Shown here piece by piece: positions 47,179-58,227 of a stretch of DNA of 64,000 nucleotides. The position numbers were made by a program, and so were the translations under genes. The stretch is from Rebecca billardiae RCC1528. Taxonomy: Eukaryota; Protista; Haptophyta. The notes below the pieces were generated by a model, which saw only the letters and a list, made by a program, of their open reading frames with translations, had not been told where the DNA came from and searched no databases. The stretch's first letter is position 1, and every line of letters starts with the position of its first letter. The stretch is taken from positions 310,001 to 374,000 of the forward strand of contig OZ251243.1 in NCBI GenBank assembly GCA_965240325.2, in the 5' to 3' direction.

Positions 47179-48173
47179 GGTGGACGTGGGCTTGCCGGCT
47201 TGGCCTCGCCGCCACGGCCGCCCACCGCTCTTCCCATGATGGCGGGCCGATGGCGATCGGACGTGGGTATGGTAGGCACGTCTTCGTGGACCCTTCCAAC
47301 CACCGTCGCGGTCGCAGCATGATCGGCTTAAAGCCGCTCAAGCCGCCTGGTTGCTGCCTATCGGCCCACCGCGGTGGCCAGCTAGCATTGGGCTTGCTTG
47401 ATGCGGCAGCCGTTGAGGCGCAGAGTCGTCTGCGGCGCCCGAGCCGCTGTCAACGGGTGAGCGACGACAGTCGGGGAGCTTCCCCGTCGTCGCCGCAGCG
47501 CCAGTAGCAGAAGCTACAGCAGCAGCGACCGCGCGCGTATTGCTGAGACTCTGATCCGGCCTTACCAGTCAATACCGCGGAAGGCCCAGTCGACCGCGAG
47601 TCGCACGCCGCGGTCCGCGACCGGCGGGTCCGACTGGTCATGGACGCAGGCTGCCCCGGCGTGATTCACTGGCGGGCAGCATGGCGGCTCAGTAGCTGGC
47701 ATGGCGGCAACCGCGGCCGGCAGCATCGCAGGTCCTAGGCGGACGCCGCGATGACTGATGATATGCTGATGATTATGACGATGATGCCATCGTCATAGTA
47801 GTACAGAGCCGCTGACGGCATCGTCATTATTCGATTTCGGATCGGGCCACCGCCGCCGGCTCAGGCTCTCCCGCTCCGCGCCACTCTCTGCCACTCTCAG
47901 AGTGAGTCTCTCACGCTGCCGACGAGACTGATGATGAGACGATCAGTAGATATACTACTATATATATATACAATCTATACATCAGTCGTCGATCACGCGG
48001 ACAACGCCGAACGCGGTCATCCAGTCATCGACTCCGGCCGCGGCCTCAGGAAGTCTCTTCGCCGCCGCTCGGACTCGGCCTGTCTCGGGCACTCGGCGAC
48101 CGCCACGAGCTTGCTCGCACTGCGGCACTGCTCACGCGGACTGACTGCCAGTGACTCGGACGGTGGCGCTTCG

Positions 48174-51100
48174 TCACCTGCCGCCGAGCAGCTGCCCGAA
48201 GAGCCCGCTGCCGCAGTGCGCGACCGGCCCGCCGAGCGCAAGCGCGAGCGCCGCCCCCAGCTGCGCCAGCGCCATCACCGGCGGCCCGAGCGCGCAGCGC
48301 ATGACGCACGCAACCTCCGCAATGGCGGCCGCGCCGCCGTCGGCGCCGCCGGCCTCCGCGCCGCCGGCCTCGTCGCAGTCAAAGTCGGCGGGCGCGCTCC
48401 CTGGCCACGCGGCCTGCGGCCCGCCCTCCGCGCCGGGGCCCGCCCCGCCGCCGCCGCCCGCCGCGCCGCCCCACTGCTGCGCCGAGCCCGCCGAGCCGGC
48501 GCGCCCGCGCTCGGGCGGCGCGCCGCCGCCGCCGCCGAGCGCGCTCGCACCGTCCCAGACGGCGGCGGTGGTCGTCGCGCCAAAGGCGACGAGGGCGGCG
48601 GCGACGGCGGTGCCGAGCAGCTGCGCGCACAGCGCGGCGGTGCCGCCGAGCCAGCCCAGCAGCGCCGGTATGAGCAGCGCGCCCGCCGTCGCGGCTCTGA
48701 GCTCCGCGCGCGCGCGCAGCGTGCCCAGCCGCGCGCTGAGTCGAAAATCGGGCGGCGCGTCGTGTAGGGCTCGGGCTAGCCGGGACGCGGTGGCGGCGGC
48801 CGCGGCGTCTGCGCACGAGGCGTCGATGTGCTGCGCGGCGCTCTCGTGCGCGCGGAGGAGGCCGCTCGCGAGCAGCAGCGGCACCGTCGCGCCTACCATC
48901 AGCGCACATGCGCGCACGCCGCCGCCGTCACCGCCGCTGCCACCGCCGCCGCCGCCGCCGCCGGCCGCGCCGGCCGCGTGCGCGCGCACCCCAAGCCCCA
49001 GCAGACTGAGAGCCGCCGCGCCGCCGCGCGCACTCAGGGCGGGCAGGGCCGCGAGCTCGGCGACGGGCGGCGTGGGCGAGGGCGCGAGCCCCGCCTGCGG
49101 CCCAAACGCCGCGTCCAGCGCCGCCACGACCGCCAGCGCACTCAGCAGGCACCCACTGAGTGCATGCGCCGCCGCGGCGCTCCCAGCCGTCGCTGCGGCC
49201 GCGTGAAGTGCGTGCGTGCGCGCGCGCGCCGGCGCCGGCGCGTCGGCGAGCCAGCTGATGGCGTGCGCGCTGCGGGCGCTCGCGGCGAGGGCGGCGTGCG
49301 CGGCGGCGACGGGCGCGGCCATCGTGCCGCCACACGCCGCCAGCGACGCGCCGTACCCGCCGCCAAGCCTGCGGCGGGCGCGCGGCACGACGCGACGCGC
49401 CCCGCGGCGAAGGGGCAGGGCGCGCGGCGGGCGGGCGGCGCGGCGCGGGCGGGCGGCGCGTGGCCGCGGCGGTGAGTGCCAGGGGCGGTGAGGCGCGCTA
49501 GGCCGCGTGCTCGTGCCCGGTGCTCTCGCGCGCAGCACGCGCCCGCGCACTGTGCCCGCGCTGCGCCCGCACCGCGCCCACCCCGCACTCCGTGCCACGT
49601 GCGCGCCGTGCGCCGTGCGCCGTGCGCCGTGCGCCGTGCGCCGTGCGCCGTGCGCCGTGCGCCGTGCGCCGTGCGCCGTGCGCCGTGCGCCGTGCGCCGT
49701 GCGCCGTGCGCCGTGCGCCGTGCGCCGTGCGCCGTGCGCCGTGCGCCGTGCGCCGTGCGCCGTGCGCCGTGCGCCGTGCGCCGTGCGCCGTGCGCCGTGC
49801 GCCGTGCGCCGTGCGCCGTGCGCCGTGCGCCGTGCGCCGTGCGCCGTGCGCCGTGCGCCGTGCGCCGTGCGCCGTGCGCCGTGCGCCGTGCGCCGTGCGC
49901 CGTGCGCCGTGCGCCGTGCGCCGTGCGCCGTGCGCCGTGCGCCGTGCGCCGTGCGCCGTGCGCCGTGCGCCGTGCGCCGTGCGCCGTGCGCCGTGCGCCG
50001 TGCGCCGTGCGCCGTGCGCCGTGCGCCGTGCGCCGTGCGCCGTGCGCCGTGCGCCGTGCGCCGTGCGCCGTGCGCCGTGCGCCGTGCGCCGTGCGCCGTG
50101 CGCCGTGCGCCGTGCGCCGTGCGCCGTGCGCCGTGCGCCGTGCGCCGTGCGCCGTGCGCCGTGCGCCGTGCGCCGTGCGCCGTGCGCCGTGCGCCGTGCG
50201 CCGTGCGCCGTGCGCCGTGCGCCGTGCGCTGTGCGCCGTGCCGTGTGCGCTGTGTGGCCCAGTGCGCCTCCTTCCTCGCTCAGAACGGGATCAACCAAAT
50301 GCATGTCTCCGCACCGAGTGGCCTCTCGGAGGTGTATGCGGCTCCTCACCGCGAGGAGGCACAGGGCGGCCAGCGCCACACACCGCGCCCGCGCCCGCGC
50401 CCACACCCACACCCGCGCCCCCCCTTGTGCGCCGCCCTCACCGCCAAGGCGCCCCCCCCCCAGCGCGCGCTCGGCCGCGCGCCCCAGCGCTCGCTCACGA
50501 GGCCGGGGCCTTGGCTTTGCTCGCGCCGCCGCGCGCGGCCCCAGGCGCGCGCGCCGACGCTCGCGCGCGCGCGCATGCCGCACGCACCGCGCGCTCACAA
50601 ACACCGCCGCTAGCACCACCGCACCCGCCAGCGCGAGCGACCCACCCGCCGCCGCGACAGCCTGCAGCAGCGCGGCCGCGCCGCCGTGCGCAACCGCCGC
50701 GGCCGCGGCCCGGCGCGCGCTCGAGCGCGCGGGCGAGGCGGCGCGCGTCGCGACGGCGGCGACCAGAACGCCCGCCCAGATACCACAGAGCACGCAAAGC
50801 GCTCCGTGCCTGCGCGCGGCGCGCGTGCCCAATTTCAAAGCACAAGAAAAGAATAGAATGGGAATTGGGGGGGCGCGCGCGCAGCGGCGCGCGGCGCGGT
50901 GAGAGAGCGCCGCCGCCGTGCGCAGCGCAGGACGACACCACCGCCGCACGCTCCCCGCCGCCAGCGCACGCGGCACGCCCGGCGCGCGCACACGCCCCGC
51001 GCCGCGCCGCAGCCCCGCGCCGCGCCGCGCCGCGCGCACCAGTAGGCAAGGCCGTGCCAGCCGCCCGCGTCGAAGCCCGCTGCGGGCAGCAGCCAGCGGC

Positions 51101-52626
51101 ACAGCGCGGCTGCAACTGCGGAGCAGAGCATGCCGGCGATCACGCGCTCCGCCGTCATCAGCGCCTCGGCGTCCGCGCGCGCGCGCACCGTCCGCGCGCA
51201 CCGCCCCAGGCACGCGGAGACGAGCGCGCACGCCAGCGTGCCGCCGGCGCCGAGCGCGGGCGGCAGCAGCATTGGTCCGGCCCAGACACGCGGCGCGGCC
51301 GCCGCCGCCGCCGGTGCCACTCGGCCGCCCGCCGCCGCCTCCGCGTGCGTGCTCACCACGCTCGCGGCGATCAGCATGGCGGAGCAGGTGGCCCCGAGCC
51401 GAGCGCTCAGCAGGATCAGCGCGTGCCCGGCGCCGCTGGTCGCGTGCTCGCCGACGAGGGCGGCGATGAGGGCAGGCGCGCGCGGGTCGGGGCCCGAGCC
51501 GGGCGTGGGCAGCGAGGCTGCTGAGCTGCTGGCCGCCTCCGCGCCGCGCGCCGCGCCCAGCCGCAGCAGCTCGGCGCGCGCGACGCGCCGCGCCGCCACG
51601 GCCGCGCCGCTCGCCAGCGGCCCAGCCCCCGTGTGCACGAGGGCGCTCACCAGCGCGCCGCCCAGTGCTAGGCCCGCGCTCGCGTAGGCAAGATGGGTCG
51701 CCGAGCTGCGCGCGGCGCTCTGGGCCGCCTGCTGCGCTGCCGCCGGCGCGAGCTCGGACGCCGCCGCGCCGCCTCCCAGCGCCGCGTACCCGCCTCTAGA
51801 CAGGCCCCAGCCTGCTCTGTAGTCATCCGCGCCGTGGCCCGAACCGGCGGCCATGCTGATCGGGGCTGCCATGCTGATCGGGGCGGCGGCGCCAGTCCGG
51901 TAGTGCAGGTGCAGGACTCCGAGCGTGGCGCAGAGGCCGAGGAGCTCGAGCGCGGAGGTGGCGAAGGCGGTGATCGCGCCGCCTTGCGCGGCGGCGGCGA
52001 GCGCGGGCGCGAGGCCCGCCTGCGCCTGCAGCGCGCTGCGGGACGCAGAGGCCGTGGCGGCACGGAGGCCTACCAGCGCGCACGCGCTGCCGACCGCGAC
52101 GCCGACGCCAACCGCGGCGCCCTGCAGCACGCCGCACGCCCAGCCGCCGTCGCTGTACACCCCGACGAGCACGACCAGCGCGAGGCTGAGCAGCGCGCTC
52201 GCCGGCAGCACGTGCAGCGCCTGCACGCCGAGGTGCGCGCGCTCGGCCTCGCTCAGTGCGTAGCTCGCATCCCACACCTGCGCGGCGGCCGATCGGCGGG
52301 CGAGCGACGGCGGCGCGAAGGGCGGTGTGACACGGCGGGGACGGCGCGCGCGCACGAGAGGCGCCCGCGCACGGCGAGCGGCGCGCGCGCGGCGGCGCGC
52401 GCGCCCGTCGGGCGCCCCGAGCGCGCGCGGCGCCTCTCACCCGCTGCCGCACGTCCACGTCCGGAGCGAGGGACGAGTGGATGCCGGCGTCGCTCGTGGG
52501 GTCGTTCTCGATGAGCGAGAGCTGCCAGTACCGCCACCCCGTGTACAGCGCCGCGGCGAGCATCGCGCACACCAGCAGGGCCGCGACGGCGCCGGGCGCG
52601 AGTGCCTGAGGCTGATGCGACGGCAT
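48174..52626 (-). CDS. Divergent membrane H+-pyrophosphatase-like protein lacking catalytic motifs; introns 52278-52440, 50810-51039, 49369-50587
   Basis: Collinear with V-PPase: GLALGGALVSAL, DPRAPALIA, WHGALCVLCGIWAGVLV, YGASLAA, ALHAAAAT, AVWDGA and LGPPVMAL. The frame stays open after splicing. Confidence 0.75.
49603..50229. repeat. Perfect heptamer satellite (GTGCGCC)n, ~89 copies, intronic
   Basis: Uninterrupted cgccgtg units inside intron 49369-50587. Confidence 0.97.
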
Positions 52627-53344
52627 CGCGATCTCGCCCTGCGCGGCCGCTGCTTCGGTCCTCGCTCGCCTCTGCTAGCTCTCCAGCCGTCCTGGTCAGT
52701 GCCGAAACCGAGGAGTGACGACCAGACGACGTCCGACGACGACGACGAGGGCTGGGCAACTCCGCTTCCGAATTCACTCAGAAAGCTGTGGATGTGAGCG
52801 CTCTTTTTGCGTGTATTGCCATATGTTTTGGGCACTTTTGCCACACAATCATGCTGGCATCGCAACTTCGTCGCGTGACGCGTTCGACTACCGCGGATCA
52901 GCAGTTCAGCACGGTCCCAACTCGTTGAGATCGGTGCCGTGTGACGAGACGAGCGTACCTCTGCGCACTGCCGCGATGCCGCCACCGGGACTGTCGCCGG
53001 AACAAGCTTTGCGCGATGCAAAGCCGTTATGATGCGCCTTACGTAGTTTCAGTTTGTCCCGCGTTCTGAGGAGTGTCTGCGGGCACACGGACTCGAGGGC
53101 ACGTGGCTCAATCCGACAAGCTGCCTGCCTTCACGGCAGGAGCTGGGCAGCCGGGCACGGGCCCAGAAGCGCCCGAACACTTTGCACGAGCGCGGGCAAG
53201 CCCGCCCGTCGCGCGCCAGATCGGCCGCAGCCGTGATGAAGACTCGAGAGCCGCCCGAGCAGACCGCTGCTATCCGAGCGACACGTCTCGAGCGCGCTGG
53301 AACCCAGGCCGCAGCCCGCCGGTCTGCGGGTCTGCGTGCGGGCT

Positions 53345-53626
53345 CTACTGGCCGACGATGGTGAAATCAGGCGTGTCCTTCACGAGCGACATGGGGTCCA
53401 CGGCGTACGGCGGCGGCTTGCGGTTCTTGTCCGCGAGCGAGTGCTTCTTTGGGCGGCGGTCCGTGTGCTTCTTGGTCGCCTTCTTGTTGACGTGGTGCGC
53501 CATCTCGACGGCGAGCGGGCGGACGGCCGATCGGCCGACGCAGCGCGACGTGTGCGCCGCGGGTGCGAACGCAGCCGCGCCTGCGAGCGCGCAGAGGAGC
53601 ACGAGAAGCCGCAGCACCGACGCCAT
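53345..53626 (-). CDS. PSRP6: Plastid-targeted PSRP6 (cL38)-like ribosomal protein
   Basis: Signal peptide plus AAA-FAP transit start. Mature HVNKKATKKH..RRPKKH...DKNRKPPPY resembles the PSRP6 KK.T.HH...RPKK...D..RKP..Y pattern. Confidence 0.7.
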   Translation of the reverse strand: MASVLRLLVLLCALAGAAAFAPAAHTSRCVGRSAVRPLAVEMAHHVNKKATKKHTDRRPKKHSLADKNRKPPPYAVDPMSLVKDTPDFTIVGQ

Positions 53627-53888
53627 CTCCTCCACGTGCTGATGAAGCACAGCAAGCACCGGCCGCGAAGGCGCAGCGCTCCTCTCAAGCGTGGGCCACG
53701 AGATCAGCCGAGGGCAGTCCGGAAGCTTCTTTCAGCACGCAGTGGTCCGGTTGGGCTGTGCCGGTGGGTCCGGAGTTCCGGGCAGCCAGCGGCCAGGCGC
53801 GCGGTGGCGAGCGGAGGCCCAGCGGGAGAGCGCGAAGTCGTTGGCCGCGCGCGCTCTCACATCGCGCCGCGGGCCCGCGAGGCGCGGC

Positions 53889-54856
53889 ATGCCGCAGTAC
53901 CACTTCGGCGCGGTGACCGTCGACTTCCCGTACGACGCGTACGACTGCCAGGTCGTGTACATGCGCAAGGTCGTGGAGGCGCTGCAGGAGTGCTCGAACG
54001 CGCTGCTCGAGAGCCCGACCGGGACGGGCAAGACGCTCTGCCTGCTGTGCGCGACGCTCGGCTGGCGGCAGGCGATGCTCGAGGGGCGCGCGCAGCCGCT
54101 GCACGTGGGCGCCGCCGCGCACGCCGCGCTGCCGCCGCCGCCCGGCGCCGACGGCGGTGCGCGCGCCGACGCGGCGTCCGGCTGCGGCGGCTGCGGCTGC
54201 GGCGGCGCCGCCGACGCGGCGGCGCGGCGCGCGACGCCGCGCATCGTGTACGCGAGCCGCACGCACAGCCAGCTGGCGCAGGTGGTGAGCGAGCTGCGCC
54301 GCACGAGCTACCGCCCGAAGATGTGCGTCTTCGGCGCGCGCGACCAGTCGTGCGTGCACCCGGAGGTGTCCGAGCTCCGAGGCATGGCGCTCACGCATGC
54401 GTGCCAGGCGCTCACCAAGGCGGGCGGGTGCAAGTACCACGCGAACCTGATGCGGCAGAAGGCGTCGCCGCACGGCGTGCCGGTGCACCCGGGCATCCTC
54501 GACATCGAGGAGTTCGGCGCGCTCGCCAAGTCGAAGGAGCTCTGCCCCTTCTACTACGCGCGCGAGCTGCAGGGAGATGCCGATCTCGTGTTTGTTCCGT
54601 ATAACTATTTGATCGACCCGAAGGTGCGCTCGGCGCTGGGGCTGAGCTCGGCGCGCGACGTGCTGATCTTCGACGAGGCGCACAACATCGAGCGCGTCTG
54701 CACCGACGCGGCGAGCATCGAGATCACCTCCACCACGCTCGCGCACGCCGTCGGCGAGGTGGACCGGTGCGTTCGCATCGCCGAGCGGGAGCGCGGCGCG
54801 GGCGGCGCGGCGGGGGACGCGGCCGCCGACGCCGACGCGGTGCTCGGCGGCGCGGC

Positions 54857-54890
<34 letters not shown>

Positions 54891-57800
54891 GTGCTGCTGC
54901 CCATGCACGTGCTCGGCGGGCTCAAGAAGCTGCTCCTCAATCTCGAGCGGGAGATCTGCGCGCTGCCGCTCAGCCCCCGTGACGGCACGCTCACACGGCC
55001 GGGCGGCGCGCTCGCCGAGCTGCTGGCGCGCGTCGGCGTGACGGCGCAGACGCGCGACGAGCTGCTCGGCGCGCTGAGCAAGGCGACGCAGATGCTCGCG
55101 GGCGCGATGCAGCACGTCGGCGGGCTGCAGTCCAGCGGGCTGCACGCGCTCGCCGACGCGGTGCGCGTGGTGCTCGGCGGCGACCACGACTCGGCCGACT
55201 TCAAAGTGCATGTGAGCGCGGGCGCCGAGGGCGGCGGCGGCGGCGGCGGCGGCGGGTACGGCGGCGGGCGGGGCGGCGGCGGCGGCTCGGAGCGCGGCGC
55301 GCCGGCGCGCACGCTCGCGTACTGGTGCCTCAACCCGGGCGTCGCGATGCTCGAGCTCGTCAAGGCGTCGTCCGCCCATTCGCTCATCCTCACGTCGGGC
55401 ACGCTCTCCCCGCTGCCCTCTTGCGCGTCCGAGCTGAGGCTGCCGTTTCGGGTGCGGCTGGAGAACGAGCACGTGATCGGGGCGGGGCAGGCGCTGGTGG
55501 CGGTGGTGAAGCGCGGGCCCGCCGGCGCGCCGCTCAACTCGAGCTACGCCAACCGCTCCACCGCCGCGTACCTCTCCGACCTGGGCAACGCCGTCGTCAA
55601 CTTCTCGAGGCTCGTCCCAGACGGGATGCTGGTGTTCTTCCCGTCGTATGCGGCGCTGGAGGAGGCGGTGCGGCACTGGCAGGGGCGCGGTGGCGGCGGG
55701 GGCGGCGCGGGGGCCGCCGGCGCGGACGGCGCGGACAGCGTGTGGCGCCGGCTCGCGCGCTTCAAGCACGTGGTCGTCGAGCCGCGCGGCTCGCAGGCCG
55801 CGCTGAACGGCGCGTGCGCCGAATTCAACGCGGCGCTCGACTCCGGCCGTGGGGCAGTGTTTCTGGCGGTGTGCCGCGGCAAGCTGAGCGAGGGGATCGA
55901 CTTTGCGGACCGCGCGGGGCGCGCGGTCGTGGTGACGGGCCTGCCGCTCCCGCCGTTCAAAGACCCGAAGGTCGCTCTCAAGCGACAGTACCTGGACGAG
56001 CGGCGCCGAGCGCACGCGCGCGGCGCGGCGGGCGCGGCGCACGGCGGCGCGGCGCGCGGCGGCGCGTGCGCGGACGCGTGCGCGGAGAGCCCGCTGAGCG
56101 GCGAGGAGTGGTACACGCAGCAGGGCATGCGCGCGATCAACCAGGCCGTCGGCCGCGTCATCCGACACCGCCACGACTACGGCGCCGTCCTGCTCTGCGA
56201 CGAGCGCTTCGAGCAGCCGCGCTTCCGAGCGGCGCTCTCCCACTGGCTGAGGCCGGCGCTGCGCGTGTGCTCGTCATTCGGCGAGGTGAGCGGCGCGCTC
56301 GCGGGCTTCTACAAGGCGCAGCGCGCGCGCGAGGCGGCGGGCGGCGGCGGGTGCGGCAAGCCCAGGCCGCCGCCCGAGCACGCCGCGCCCGACGCCGCCG
56401 CCGCCGCCGCGCTCGAGCCCGGCGCGGCCGCGCCGCCGCCCAGCCTCGGCGCCGTGCGATCCGTTGCCCATCCCGACACTTTTTGCGGAGGCGGCGGCAC
56501 GGCCGTGGCGCTCGTGGAGCAGCTCGCGCGCGCGCGCGGCGCGGGGCAGCTCGGCGCGCCGCACGAGCGCGCGCCGCTCACGCTGCAGGGCGTGCTCGCC
56601 GCGAGCAACAGCGCCGCGCAGGGCGTGGGCGGCGCGCAGCGGCCGCCGCTGCCGCCGCCGCCGCAGCAGCAGCAGCAGCAGCCGCACCGCGCGGCGGGCG
56701 GCTTGGCGGGCGGGCTGGGTGGCGGCAGGAGCGGCGGCGAGCCCACGCCCGAGCCGCGCGCCGCGTGCGACGGCAGTGCGTACACTGCGCTGCGCCGCGC
56801 CAAGCTCGCGCAAACGCGCGAGCAAGCCGCAGCAGCCACAACCGCCGCCGCCGCCGCCGCCGTGCCCGCGGCCGGTGCGCTCACGCCGCCGGCGGGCGGC
56901 GCTCAGCGCGCGGCGCGCGGCGCGTGCGCGGGCGTCGAGAGCGTGCCGCTTGACCCGGACACGCCGGAGGAGGAGGAGGAGCCCGCGCGCGCGGAGCGGC
57001 GCGCGGCGGCCGCGGCGGCCGCTCCCGCCTCTGCGGCAGCGGCGGCCGGCGGCGCGGCGGGTGGCGACAGCGGCGGCGGGTGGCGGCAGCGTTCGCACGC
57101 GCCGCCGGGCGGCGGCGCGCCGGCCGTTCCGCGCCCGCCCGGACTCAACGTCAAGCTGTGGGTCGGGCTGCAGGGCGCGCTCGGCGGCGCCGAGCTCGGC
57201 GCACTGGCAGCGCTGCTCGGCCGCGCGCGCCATCTCGAGCTGAGCGCAGCGGCAGCGGCAGCAGCAGCGGCAGCGCCGGCCGCAGCGCCGGCCGCCGCCG
57301 CAGCAGCAGCCGCCGCCGCCGCCGCAGCAGCAGCAGCAGCAGCAGCAGCAGCACCGGCGGCGGTGCCTGTGGCGGCCGGCGGCGACGGCGTCCGCGGCGG
57401 CGCGCGCTCCGCAGCCCACGGCCCCGCGCCGCGCGGCGCGCCCGAGCCCGCGCCCAGCGCTGGGCGCGCCGCCGAGCCCGCCGCAGAGGCGTCCGCCATC
57501 GCTCGCGGACTTTTTGCCCTCCTCCGGACGCCCGCGGCGCGCCGGCCGCTCCTGGAGCAGCTGGGCGCGGGCGCGCACCTCCCGCTCGCAGTGCGCGAGC
57601 GGCTGCGCGCGCTCTCGCAGCGCGAGGGGGCAGCGGCGCCCGCCAACCGGCCCGCTGCCGGTGCCGCCGACGCGGGCTCGGCGGACAAGGCCGCGGCCAG
57701 CGCGCGCTTCCTCGAGGGGGTCAAAGCTGAACTGAGCCGAGACGAGTACGCGCGAATGAAGGCGCTGCTGCTCCGCGCGCGCAGGCCCAGGCAGCCCGCG

Positions 57801-58103
57801 CTCGCGCCGGCGGCGGCGGGGGCGGCGTGCGGCGGCGGCGGTCCGGAGGCGGAGGCGGAGGAGGCCGCTGAGCTCGCCGCCGCCCTGCACGCTCTCTTTG
57901 CGCCCTACCCGAGCTGGCGAGCCCAGCTGCGCTCCGTGCTGCCCAAGCGGCTGCGCGCGCCCTTCGATCGGCTGGGCGGCGGCGGCGCGGGCGCGGGCTC
58001 GACCGGCCAGACGGCCGGCCGCCGGCCGAGGCCGACGGTGGAGTACGAGGGCGCACCAGGCGGCGACGGGGCGCGGCCGAGCAGCAAGCGCGCAGCAAGA
58101 TGA
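53889..58103 (+). CDS. RTEL1: Regulator of telomere elongation helicase 1 (XPD-family Fe-S helicase)
   Basis: VDFPYDAYDCQ, LESPTGTGKTLCLLCATL, YASRTHSQL, FDEAHN, AVCRGKLSEGIDFAD and RAINQAVGRVIRHRHDYGA. Harmonin-like FLEGVKAELSRDEY near the C-terminus. Confidence 0.93.
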
Positions 58104-58227
58104 CACCAGCACCTGTAGACTAAGACTACTGTACAGTACATACCAGGCTGAGACTGTACACAATGGTATGTAGCCCTCGGCCATTTCGGACTCAGCGCAA
58201 GCGATTTCACCGCCGAGCCGTGCCACC

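Noticed and set aside
49476-51524. Long ORFs of (RRAPCAV)n / (RRTAHGA)n
   Set aside because: These are translations of a stop-free 7-bp satellite lying within an intron.
53025-53070. ATGATG...CTGA as a C/D snoRNA
   Set aside because: Too short, imperfect box C, and no terminal stem.
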